Assembly (NCBI GenBank): GCA_965644295.1
Contig: CBFFRP010000115.1
Coordinates: 70,754 to 134,753 of the forward strand
Origin: Paraphysomonas bandaiensis
Lineage: Eukaryota; Protista; Chrysophyceae
Reading direction: 5' to 3'
Length of the DNA: 64,000 bases
A program made the translations under genes and the position numbers. This document shows positions 1-12,900 of this stretch, piece after piece. The notes below the pieces were generated by a model that saw only the letters and a list, made by a program, of their open reading frames with translations, was not told the DNA's origin and did no database searches. How positions within the stretch are numbered: the first letter of the stretch is position 1; every line of letters starts with the position of its first letter.

Positions 1-559
1 GTGTTTTTATGGCTGCCAACTTCCATGATTAACATCATTCTAGTATTATTGCTCCAAAGACAGTTTTATTGCCTTGGCTCACTGTTGTGACAGGTTTAAT
101 TAATTTAAGTCGTTATAATTGTCAAAATAAACATTGCTATTTTTGAAGTAACACTGCGTAACAGTAATTGTCAACAATTGAAATTTCTGCACATATATTG
201 ATTATTGATAAACGGTACAAACTACAAGCAGCTAGTTAAATGCTCAAACTTACTATAGGACCATTAACATGAATGTATTCGAATGTGCTCGTTTAGAACT
301 GAGAGATTGATAAATACGTTTCGTCGGGATGCTGGAAAAGTTTTATTGACAACGTCTACCAGAAAGCAGATCTAAATCACTCGTAACTGTAAATGGTTAA
401 CCCGGGAAGGAAAAGAATCAAATGAAAATATCGTGTTCAATGAGGATGAATTAGATAACCCTAACCCTAATTTTTTTACATTTAGAGCTGCTACTTTTAT
501 TTTTACGCATAAATCTTTGGCAGTAGAATAAATGACAGTTGAGAAAGGTAACGTAGAGC

Positions 560-790
560 TAAAGAAAACGCAGTAAGCACGCAGAATGTTGATATATCTG
601 CTCATATAATATGCTGATTTCAGAATTTTTGAGTTCTTAAGGTGAACAGCCTGGATGTTTGACTTCAGCAGAGGCAGCCCAATACCCCGGTTACCTTCCC
701 CGTCCGGGATGCATTCGAGGTGGGTCCATTACCGAATGTCTGTTTATTTGGCAGGGCCCAAAGACGTCTACAAAAGTGACACTTATAGCA
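560..790 (-). repeat. Dispersed repeat family R1, partial copy (reverse orientation)
   Basis: Shares blocks such as gacttcagca..gcagcccaataccccggttacc and cagggcccaaagacgtctac with copies at 22456, 28679 and 42762. Boundaries are approximate. Confidence 0.8.
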
Positions 791-1002
791 CACACAAGAT
801 TGGCAAGGTCGTACCTCGGTTGGCTGCGCTTCTTACAAGCTGAATATATATCTATAGTAGCAACGACTTTGATTGAAATCGTTACCAAGTACTTGTCAAC
901 CAAATGTCAACTCTCTCAACAAAGCTATGAGAACACTGAATAACAGCAGTAAACCGTTGAGGAAAAGGGGAGTATTTTTCTGCTATATAGTGAATTGTTG
1001 CT

Positions 1003-1350
1003 ATATGCCTATATGGAGATTGAAGCTGTCGGACTGCAACTTGGATGATGAAGTTTTGCTGATGATCCCTTCGAGAGCTGAGAATTTACAAATTTTGCAG
1101 CTGCGATAAGAATTGAAGGAATTTAACTGCGTGTCTATGCCGCTATAATATGAAAAAGGTGAACAGTTCGCCATCACTTTGATCTGCGCAATGAATGATT
1201 CCCTGTCACAGCTTCTCATCTCCCCGTAGATGATCAACGCCCTAACTTCGGCCATAGAGTGGTTACGAGGAATCTCTGACTCGCCAAGAGATAGCAGCGG
1301 TTGAGAGATTTTTGAAAGGGTACAGAAGAAGCTAGGATCACTGGATAGCT
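1003..1350 (+). pseudogene. Degenerate leucine-rich-repeat coding fragment
   Basis: Reads MPIWRLKLSDCNLDDEVLLMIPSRAENLQILQLR (LRR-like), followed by several in-frame stops. Confidence 0.3.
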
Positions 1351-1853
1351 GAATCACTGGAAATGGCAAATGTAAGTAAAACTTTAGAAAGCCACAGATC
1401 CAGCAAGAAGTTACGACGAAAGCTGGAAGTGGCTGTGATGCCCAAACCTAGTAAAGTGATTTTACCAGGTTTTGTTGGTGAATAGTAGATACAAAAAGTA
1501 ACAATAATGTTCTGTTAAAAACTTTACACGCAGTATCGATCGACTAATCACGTATCAGTACAACTAACGTTGTTGTGGAGCGCTTGATCATCAAAGCAGT
1601 GACACACTTGCGACAGGGAATGACCCCACGACGCCTCGAACTGCTACTTGTTATCGAGCCCTAATCGCATGTGTCACATATACGGCGTTGCAAGCAATTC
1701 TCAAGCAATGATGCCTGTTGCATGATAACAGTTTAAATTACCGACCAATTAATTGAATAACAACAAATTTATATGCAGCCTTGCACATTAGTAAGCACCA
1801 CAATTGTACACTACTTTTAGAATAATGCAGTAAAGTTATCTAGTTGTAGGAAA

Positions 1854-2340
1854 CCCTCAACAAACAGTTTTTCGTGGTGTTCTGGGGATAAGTGCCGGAG
1901 ATATTTCTCCGGAAAACTAACGTGAGCCACATATATAGTGAGCAGAGATTGTTCTGCCCACTCGTATAGCCAATATTAATATGATACTTGGGTAGATGTC
2001 TTTAGGCTTTGAATAGAAAAACAGGCATCCGGGAATGAGCTCATCTGAAGAGGGAACTGGGGAATTGGGCTGCGTACTACTGAAGTCAAGTATCCGGGTT
2101 GTTCACTTCAAGAACTCAAATATCCTGAAGCTAGTAGATGCCAGGTATATCAAGATTCTGCTTGCTCACTGCGTTTGCTTTGAGTGATAGAGCAAAAGTG
2201 GTTGCACCGTGGTGCATGCGGTGACGCACAAGCAGCTTTCGTAGCGCTAATTAGTAGGGTATGGAGTTAAGCACTAGCTAATTAAATTGTTTTGCTACAA
2301 TAGTTCTGACTCTTACACGCCTATAGCTAATAAGCAGACA
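1854..2340 (+). repeat. Dispersed repeat family R1, near full-length copy
   Basis: Starts ccctcaacaaa and contains the ccggagatatttctccgg hairpin and tgcggtgacgcacaagcagctttcgtagcg. 2156-2325 is nearly identical to 9479-9646. Confidence 0.85.
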
Positions 2341-3840
2341 TTTACTACTATTTGTAGGGAATGAAATTAGTAGAATTGTTGCGTTATAAGTTAAATATGG
2401 AATTATTTAGAATACTAACGTGTTCCTGAAGTACACTGTAGCTATGGCTCCTGCTCCGATGTTCAATGTATCAAAATACTAATTCTGCGCAATGCTCACA
2501 GTGTATGAATGCTAGAATTACAGTAAGTTATTCGATATTGTCTCCACACCTCAATTTGAATATTAGGCATCGAAAAGCCCACGTAGATGAACTCTTAATC
2601 GAAGAAAGCATTGTAGATGTCACACACTAATATGGGAAGAACGCCTGCTTGAGCTTTAATTGCTTCCCAGCTCTACAGTCGGCCTCAATAAAATCACGTT
2701 CGATTTGTGACGCTTCCCTTATTCTTCAGCTCTTCAGTCTCAGCTCGATAAGAAGTAGACGCTCCTGCTTCACTTTCATGAGTTCCAGAAAATACCGTTG
2801 CTGTTTGAACTCACGGACATGTTTCGGCTCTCTCAATAATCCACAGTCCTGTGATTCGTCGAAACTATAGTCTTCTTTTTAGCCCTAGGGCCACTGCTTG
2901 ACCTTGTGCCTAGGAGGGATCTTGATAGATTATAGTTCGATGCTATACGTTTATCTGCATTATCTCTTCACCAGTAGAAGTAGGAGGAAAGTTACTGAGT
3001 GAGGAGGAAAGTCTTCCGGCCTGTGACGTCAAAGCCCGCCGCTACTGTAACGACACCTTGTGTTTGAGCATTGGACAGTTCCCAGTAGCCTCCTTTTCGA
3101 ATATCTTTCCTTCTCAGTCTTTTTTTTCGCTACTTCTTAAATATATATTGAGTACAATGCTCTCACGTCATGGACAGTTTTTTTTTAGGACAGAGAGGTT
3201 AGCTCCTTCCATTTCAACTGCATACTGTTACGGATATCAAGCGGGGTTCATCAGACTGGAAACAGAGATATAGACCACACGAGGCTTGCGGATACGAACA
3301 TCCACATTATCCATGTAAACTTTCACTCTACTTAAAGTATAAGTTACTGTAACATCAAGGTGAGAGTGGAGTGCTTTGCATCCTTGAATTAGCGGAGTTC
3401 CAATACGACTACGATTGGAATAGCTCTGCTGCTGTACATGTCCTCGTATGGTATTCCTGTTGGAACACTTCGTAGATTGTTGAAATCTAGAAATCCCACA
3501 ATTCAACTCGTACCCACAGTGGCAGTAGAGCGGTGCATTTCGAGTATCCGCCCTGTGCACCTCCCAAAGTGATTTTTTTACGGGCACTAGGGTTCTCACA
3601 ATGAAACCCCCATTATTTCCGAAAAACATATATTTTGTATGGAAACCATACACTTTTTTACTTGGTGACATGACCATATGCTTCTTGTTCGTGGATACCA
3701 TTGGATATCATCTACACTATGGCGGCACAGGGGTGTGAGTACCCCTTGTTCATTTTCTATCACTAGTAACCTACTCTAGGCAGAATTTCTATACCAAATC
3801 AGATATCCACTGCGTTACACCGATCAGATATAGGTATATT

Positions 3841-6623
3841 ATGGAAGGTGTACTGGGTCCTCTTGATCGGTCCATAGTGGTTGATGAGTTCACTTATGAT
3901 CAAGTTAAAGGGGCGGAGTGTTTGGGACAGGTAAGGAGATATTTAACTGTACAGATATGTAATCCTGTGGGCAGATATGCAAAAGAGTTTGCAGGGAGAT
4001 GAAGATGGCTGCTGGAAAAAAGAAGAAGTTCCTCTGCATATGTATTCCCTGCTACAATGAGAGTTTGGATGATCTGATGAAGACTATCGCCTCATTGATG
4101 GAAAACATCGATTTTATGAAACATAAAACACGATTTAATGATGATGAACTTGGTTATGCTCTTCGAGAAGATTTCGAACTTTTGGAACCAGTAATTGTGC
4201 CTATTTTCGATGGCATTGGAGCCATGCATCCGACTGTAAGAGAGTGGCTTGAGAACGACATGCCTGGCGTCACCGACGGCCTTGATGGACAGCCGTCCCC
4301 TGGACGTGTGGAAGTAAAAGTTCATTCAGCAAGATGGTGGTATTACTGTTGGGATACTCTGCGGAAGGAAAGCGACGGAAACAGCCCGAGGAACACTCTT
4401 GACCATACATCGCCGTCTGAGACTCGTTTATCCCGTCCATCCGAAATTCGAAAGAGTGCAGCTAGTTCGCTTCCATCTAATGGCCATGACGAATCACTCC
4501 TCTCTTGTGCGTCTAATTTTAATTCATACATACATTTCCAACTAGTGGCAATTGTGAAGCGTAAAAACCATCGAAAGCATAACTCTCACCATTGGTTTTT
4601 CCAGGGCATATGCGCAGGTGTCGGAGCATCATTGGTGTTTCTGACCGATTGTGGCACCACTTATAACGAAACATGTGTTGCCAGATTGGTTTACGCTTTG
4701 CGCTCACGTCGCGATCTTATTGGGGTGACTGCCCGACAGCGTGTGGCGACGCCAAGTCCTAATTTCCATCCATGTGAAATTACCAAAATTCCCTGGCTGA
4801 AGGGTGAGCATGAGGGACTTGGCTCGCATCCGTGCTGGAAATGTCACATATCGTATCTGCTCTCCCCTGCACCACTGCAGGGTTTTGAGTTTGAGGCCAC
4901 TCTTATCCTGAACTCGGCCTTATTTAATCTGGTGGAAGCAATGCCTGTTCTACCCGGCCCTTGTCAGCTGTTGGACTGGCCTCGCATGAGGGGTAATAAA
5001 GTCGTGGAAGAGTATTTCGATCTTCTGTTTAATGAAGACACAGTGGTGACTGGCTCGTCTGTGGTGACTGATCGACCTCTTCCTAAGGGCTATCGTAACA
5101 GTCGCCGCCATGATGGGAGCCGATCCCATAGCAGTAGTATCATCTCACAGGATACCATATCAACTCAGGCCACCGACACATCCAGCTTTGTCCCTCCTGC
5201 ATCACCAGTTGGCACACCTCTTCACCCGGCAGTGGAGCAGGTATTGGAAACTCTAGAGGAAGGTGTAGATGATGAGGACAAGAATTACGATAGCATCGCC
5301 GTTCGGTCGTCAGTGGCAGCAGTTCCACCAGACCCTACTACTGCGTCCTCCATATCATTTACTGAGTTTCTTAGGGTTAATATGAGGCTCGCGGAGGATA
5401 GAGTGCTATCATTCGTCACAGTGTTTTCCACTGGATTTGGGACGAAGTGGATCCCTGGTGCAACTTTTTACTACGAGCCTGAAGTCAACTTCGGATCACT
5501 ACTCACACAGCGGTAATAATGTAATGTTTCTGATGACAGCATTCGAACGTGTTATGCTATGCGTTCACCTGCATTTATAGTGATATATATACTGTTAAGC
5601 TATACTTTAACATATTAATCTTCTGTAGCCGCCGCTGGATTAATGGGACGGTGGCAAGTTTTATGTACTTTTTCTCGTCGAAGCGTGCTCGACTTCGTGT
5701 TAGTGGTGGTTTCTTCGATAGTCACAAGGCAGGCAAAAGTCTGCGACTAGTCAACATGCTGTGGGCTTTGAATCTTTTGCAGTTTGTGTTTGTCTTGGTG
5801 TCCCCATCTGTATTTGCTGTTGCCCTGTATAATGGACTTAAGAATGGTGCTAAGTTCAGCAGTCTGTTTGATTGGGCCAAGTATGCAGTAGTCCCCTTAG
5901 GGTCGGTCGGATCAATAGATGGTGCCGGCGTTGTGGTTATGGCCTACTTGTTGGCATATATAGTGTGGACGGCTAATGCCTACAGAGCACCGGTGCGTAT
6001 GCAATATATTTCTTTGTATATTCCTTCTTGTAACGATATGTTGCATGTAGCGAGGACGTATTCCGGAGGAGTGGTGTGTTGCTGTTGTTATTGTCGGCTT
6101 TTTGGCCATATTCCCCGTGTATTTTGCGCTGATAGCTTCCGCCATTGCTAAGCTTAATATTGTTCACTGGATCGTAATATCGTCAGTACTTGGGCCCGTG
6201 CTTATTGCCCTTGCACAAAGCGCCACGTCAGCGGCCCTCTATTGTGCCTACCTGCCGTGGTTTTTATCTCTCGCAGTATTCTTTCTCGTATACGTACCGT
6301 CCTACTCATTTGCAAGACTATGGGACACTACTTGGGGTAACCGCGACACATCGCGTGACGACTCTATCGATTTGCGGAGAGAGAAAACAATGAAATTTTA
6401 TGTTAAGTGCTTCATTGTGGGGTTGGTTCTATTCAATTGCCTGCTTACATTAGGGCTGTCTATTATTCTCACTACTAATGCACAGCTCATATTCATGGTC
6501 ATCTTATTCTCACCAACGATCATTCAGATCGCTGGTTCCATTTTTTTCTTACTTATTGTAATGCCTCTTCGAAGTTTACAGTCGAGGAAAAATCTCGTTC
6601 ATCGCTCCAATATATCGAAATAG
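3841..6623 (+). CDS. CHS: Chitin synthase (GT2), 4 exons: 3841-3930, 3975-5512, 5629-5992, 6051-6623
   Basis: Motifs IPCYNES, KNHRKHNSHHWF, TDCGT, QGFEF, VLPG and LAEDR are present. QRRRW is reconstituted across intron 5513-5628. The C-terminus has TM helices and SFARLWDTTWGNR. All GT-AG joins are in frame. Confidence 0.93.
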
Positions 6624-8789
6624 ATCAATGGTCAATTGCATAGAACGCCATACGGACTCTGTACTATCCCTTATATACAGGCATGAAGTGGTTTAAAGAA
6701 ATATTCTACCTTTATTGTATTATGGAAAGGCTGTCGATTGGAAAGTAATTCATGATGCATGATAATATGATTTTGTTTTATAATAACATATATGTAGTAT
6801 ATAGCACACTGACTGTAGTTCTAAAATTGTATGATTATTTTTTATTGAAGAATATAACCATAGATAGAATAAACCGTGCATTGCTAAATTAATTTTGAAC
6901 TTGCTGTTAACCGTTATGCGTATAGTTTCAATGTACGTCTCAGGTTTATAGGGAGTAGGGAATAATATATTGGAAAACAATTGTCAGATATCGTTCCACC
7001 AATAATATTGGTTGAGTCATGTAAATCAGCCCAAAAATAATATTACAAAATATTAGCATCAATGCTTAAACACATACGTAGCTTCAATATTTAGTACAAA
7101 TCAAACCCATTACGTTGGAAAGCAATAGGCGGAAAGATCACATTTTCCTCATAATCATTCTCTGAGCCATCATCAGTGACACCTGCTTCATCGTCCTCTG
7201 TATCGTTGCAATCACTGTCAAAACGGAGAGGATATAATCTAACAGCCTTTCTTTCACATATCTTGTCAAATCAAATTCTTTGCCTGTTTGAAATATTTCG
7301 ATTCCATTTTCAAAATTCGGATCATTAACAATATGGAACTGTCATTAACAATATGGAGATAGGGGATACCTCTTGCCCCGAATGCTCTCAATAAAAGCCA
7401 ACAAAAAGGTTCCGGCATTCATAGAGATTTAAATAGCCTCTCCTTTTTTAATCACTTTAAAACAATTTCAAAATTTCTTAAGTCAGACTCCAGAAGTAGC
7501 TGTAAATATCTTAAGAAACGTGCTGTTGATGTGTCCTATAAGACCTAAATAATATTAATAAAAATTATTAATAGTGTACTATTGCATTGCAGCACATTTT
7601 AGAACCATTCTTCAACAATTCTTAAAAATCTAGTAAATTTACTAGATTCTCCCAATTTTTGAAAATATCCCACGCTTGCATATTGTTTACTTCTTTACTT
7701 TTATATGCATTCATCGTTTATTAGGCGTTTTCTAATCAGTACGATATATAATATAATATTTGTGTTATATATATACAACATAATAATATAATATATTATC
7801 TATAATAATATATATATATAAATATATATTATTTTTATTGTACTATAAAGTAATTTGTACTATATATTGCTTTTTATAATAAGCAGAGTGCAAAATATGT
7901 ACAGTATGGAGTACTTTAGAGTGGGTTATACATACATATAAACAAAAAACATCGCATTTGTAACATGTGTTTTGTAATATTTTGTTCTCTACTTTACACC
8001 TACTAATAACCTACTACTACATGATGATGCAAAACACATATAAAAAGCACAACTTAAATCGACATTTCTAAAATTTCACCAGGTTTAGAGCGTTTCTCCA
8101 GGTTTGTCCATCACATCAACTTACTCTAAAATATATATATAATATTTTATATTTGCATTTGCCTCTCTTGAGTTTTGCATAATCTAATTTTTGGATAAAT
8201 AGCTATCTTCACCACTACTACATAATGCAATAACACCTGTACTACTTACAGCAGTATTAGTACCACTATATACTATATAAGTAACCTTAAAAGACAAACG
8301 TGGGATTTTTTTTTCCACCTTTGTATCTCTTTGTACCCTATATTCTATACTTATCGTTTTCATTAATCTGGTGTTATTTTTCTTATAAGAAGGTTGCTTT
8401 TTTTGCTCGGAGACGACGCGGCAACAGCCGTTGGGAGCACATTTCTAGTAGGTGGAGAATCATATGCAGGTGGAGGATCATCCGCAGGTAGAGAATCATC
8501 ATTTATTTGTTTTCATCTAAAGACTACAAATTTTTGCTAGAGACTGGATAAGTCGAGGTAATACCAAACCTGGTAAAGCGATTTCACCAGGTTTCATATC
8601 TAAGTATTGAATTATTATTGTACTATAATTTGTATCTGAGAGGTTAAAGATAAAGAAAAAGTTGCAATTATAGTTGTTATTAGCAATATTTATTGCGTTA
8701 CAAGTTGGCCCTGCCACTTGTGTTTTGTAATATCATATTCTCATATATAGCTGCATTTGCCTCTCTTGAGATTGAAAAAACGCTCCAAC

Positions 8790-9060
8790 CGAATATGGGT
8801 GTATAGTGAGATATAGTATAGTGATGTATAGTTAGGTGGTATAGTGGTATACAGTGAGATTGTATAGTGGTATGATATATAGTGGGATGGTATAGTGATG
8901 CCGCATAGTAATATGGTATGGGTGTATAGTGAGATGGTATATGGGTGTATAGTGAGATGGTATATGGGTGTATAGTGAGATGGTATGTGGGTGTATTTTG
9001 AGATGGTATAGTGGTGTTTAGTGAGATGGTAAAGTGGTGTATAGTGAGATGGTTATAGTT
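8790..9060. repeat. Degenerate minisatellite, ~23-bp unit (gtgtatagtgagatggtatatgg)
   Basis: Exact tandem units around 8923-8986, with degenerate units on both sides. Confidence 0.85.
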
Positions 9061-9390
9061 CATACTTGTGAACTGTATGTAATATATATGTGTAGTCGAA
9101 AGCTATCTTCACCACTACTACTTACAGTAGTGTTAGTACCTATGCTCGGAGACGACGCGGCAACAGCTGTTGGGGGCACATTACTAGTAGGTTCAGCATC
9201 AGCAGGAGGTTTCAGATCTGCTGGGATTCGACGACCCCGCCGCCATCGTTTTAGGAACAGTATGACTTATACCCTGCTCGTGCACTTTTGTGGTACCTCT
9301 CTTCTTCCTCCGGGTCGTATAGTCGACAATATATCGTCACGAATGTCGACGACATTCTGCTTCACGTTATACACAGTACACATTCTGCTT

Positions 9391-9646
9391 CCGGGGTATT
9401 CGGCTGTTCACCTGAAAGACTCTACTATCCTGAGAAGTTATAGCAGATGTCAGGTATATCAACCACATTTTTTTTTATTTCTGCTTGCTCACTGTGTTTG
9501 CTTTGAGTGATAGAGCAAAAGTGGTTGCACATTGGTGCATGCGGTGACGCACAAGCAGCTTTCGTAGCGCTAATTAGTAGGGTATAGAGTTAAGCACTAG
9601 CTAATTAAATTGTTTTGCTACAATAGTTCTGACTCTTACACGCCTA
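9391..9646 (+). repeat. Dispersed repeat family R1, 3' part
   Basis: About 170 bp nearly identical to 2156-2325. Confidence 0.85.
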
Positions 9647-9988
9647 CTGTAAATAATCAGACTGAGATACCTTAATGGTAACAATGAACAGTCTATTATT
9701 GTACTTGCTTTCCTAATTTGTTGATAATCAGACCTGCCACCAGTATAATATATATTGCATTTCAATATTTTTCTCTAGCCCTGGTCTGGTACGTCGGATG
9801 ACAGTTTGTTAGACACCCACTAGGACTTTAACTAGAGGTACACCTTCCACTTAATTATTTTTGCAGCCTAGTATTCGCTCGAAGTTACATCGCACAGTCA
9901 ATATATATCAAGCATCTTATACTTAATGACAACTATTACGACTCTGGAAAAGTGTGCATTAGTATTACAATTTAAACATAAACTACAT

Positions 9989-12900
9989 CTACTTGTTTCT
10001 TTTAGCTTCTGCTTCAGTGCTAAGTTTATTAATATATGATATCAAATCTTTATGCTTCGCAAGATCTGCATGCAGGTCTTCACATTCCCTCTTCTTCGCT
10101 TCCAAATCAGCAATTAATACGCACTCAGCCTCTTGAAGAGCAGTTAGCTCCGTCTGAAGATTTTCACATATAACAGTTTGTTTATCCAGGCTCTTTCCCA
10201 GTCTACACGACCGCGCCATCTCTGATGAAAGGTCACTCTGTATGGCTTCTTTTTGATTGCGTAGGTCGGATATGATGTTATTCAAACGATCACACTCCCT
10301 CTTTGCCTCCTCTGTCAGTACATAAAGCTCTCGCTGGATTTCATGTTTCTGTTTCTGAAATGCTTCTCTTTCGTTACCTCGGACCTCTTCTGCACTTGCA
10401 AGGTCTGACTTCAGACGAGAAACTTCACACTGCTCTGCAGTCAAATGCGAACGGTATTTTCCTACTTTTTCTTGCTCCTTTTCAAGCTCTATCCTAAATG
10501 TTGCGTTTTGATCCAAAGCATCCGCCAGTTGTTGTGTCAGTCCCGTAACTTCGTTTCGTAGACACGAAGCCTCCGCTTGCAGTGCTTTCTCCTTCGTGGT
10601 CCGCTCGAATGCCTCTTCTCTACATTGAGCCAGATCCCGTTCCAATCCCACCACACGCCCACGCTCGGAAGATATCTCGCGCTGCAGAGCCTCCGCGTGG
10701 GCAAAAGAGGCTTTGAGGTCGCCGGATAGCACCACCAACTTTCGTTCAGCCTCAACCATTTCTGCCCTGCACTTTCCCAGTTGGCCCTCTGACACTTCCA
10801 TACTTCGCCTCATAGCGTCCTCTGCATGCGCTAGAGTCTTCATCTTTACCCAGGCTTCCTCCAACAACTGGTCCGTACTCGCGCATCGCGCCTCAAACTG
10901 TTCCTTTTCCTTCTCGCACCCCGCCAGAAGGATCTTTATGTCCGCGAGTTCGGCAATGTACCTTGCATTTTCTTCCACTACCACGGTGTGCCTCGCTGCT
11001 TGTTGCTCTTTATCTATTTCCATCCTCCGAACAACTTCTTCTAACTCACGAACTCGAGTACGCTCTTTCTCTACACCCTCCAGTGCAACCTCCAGACGGC
11101 GTGTTTGTTCTTCAAATTCTACATTGCTCTTCGCAGCCTCCATTTTCAATCGAGACAACTCAGCGTTCAGCCTCATAACTTCTTGCTTACTGGCAGCGGA
11201 TGTGCCTGATGCAGACAGTGTCACACTCTCTATTTCATCGACAGTGTGCGTCCTCTTACACGACACAGTTTGCTGGGTGGACGCACATGCAACTATTTCT
11301 GAGATTGGCGCATGTATAGAATTTGTAGTGGACTGCTTATCTTCCTGTTCCTCAACACCAACTGATTCATGTTCATCATTGGGGGGTGGCGGAGGGAGTT
11401 CGATACTTTCGCATGTGTTCGAACCAGACATTGACAAACGACGAAACATGGTATCCACGTCAGTCTGTTGTGTGTCAGGCCGTTCCTCCATCATTGTCAT
11501 GCTATCATCATCTGAGGGCTCGGCAAATCGCATATAGGTTTCAGAAGCTACACAAAATATTAGTGGATATAAACAACAATTTCATTTTACAACCTCTCAT
11601 TTCGTCATCACCATCATTCCCGAAATGTGCACTGGCGAAACAGAGAGTAAGAAGCTTTCAGGTGACGTGCCGTAAATAGGTTTACCATTTTTCAATAAGC
11701 AACTTGATATCAGAAGAAGTGGATGCAGCAGGAATCCAATCCTCACTACAGCACCAGCACTCCTGGCAGTGACAAGAATGTAGTTCTACTTCGCTATTAT
11801 CGTCATTGTAGACACTCTGCACAACGCCTTCAATAGTGCGCCTGTGTACATCCAATAGAGAGGCCAGAGCTCGCGCCACCTCCTCACAATCGCGATCTGA
11901 CTTGATATGAGGACACGACAAGGAATCACCGTCGTAGTTCACAACACCATCATCTTCTATTCTGGTTTTATCTAGTGGTTCCTCTCTAGAGAGGACGAAA
12001 CAACTCACTAGTCCCAAGCATATGGCAATGGCACCACTGCGAAATATTCTCACGTATGCATATAAAATGGATTACTCGGCACCTTGTTCTATGCATTATC
12101 AACAGACTCTTGTTTACACCTAGATCCAAGAGCTCCATGTTATACCACTCCTAGTTGCAGAATGCAAAATGTTACCACACACACAATATACATATTTTCC
12201 AATTAACCTGCTGATGTTCAAGTGATTGCAGCAGTATTTTCATGGCGTTAATTAGCGCCATTCCTCCACGACGCAACTCCGCATCTCCAATCCACTGAGA
12301 CACTCGCTCTCTTGTAGCAGCTCGATCAGCTGAATCATCTTCAACCTCATGGCTGCGAAGTCGGGCAAGAGTCGAACATTCCTGAATGCAGAGCAGTCAC
12401 CACATGAACGCACGACGGACGGCGACAAACAGTGACGCACCTGCAGCACATACAACTCGCTGACCAAAAGGGGTTCCAATAGCATTGTCGAGAGTTGAGT
12501 GTCACTGAGAATATTATAAACCGGATCTTTTTTTCTAGACATCTTTGATTGGAAGTGGTCATGTCCCCTCCTATGAGAGGACGATGCAGTGTTGGAAATC
12601 TCCCCCAGTGGGGTTCGGGAACCCTTATTTCTCTCCCCCTCCGAAGCCAATAACAGACTTCTATGAATAAGAGTCTCTGAAGAGTCGTGACCAGTTAAAG
12701 AAGTCGAAACTAGACCTGATGTTTCCATCAATTGTCCTAGGCTATGCACACACTCCATTGTCTGTATGATATGTTAGGAAGCTATGTCGAGCAGATGCTT
12801 GTATACAAAACGGAGAGATGGGGTGATGCATCAAACCCTCATTTGGAAACATACCTGAGTGAAGAAGTCATACGCACATAGACCGGCCTGTGTCTTCAAA

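Noticed and set aside
457-470. AACCCTAACCCTAA telomere-like sequence
   Set aside because: Only about two units, which is compatible with chance.
2630-3701. Minus-strand ORF fragments upstream of chitin synthase
   Set aside because: Interrupted by stops with no recognisable domain, so a gene call cannot be supported.
10713-11537. 274-aa plus-strand ORF
   Set aside because: Antisense shadow of the coiled-coil exon.
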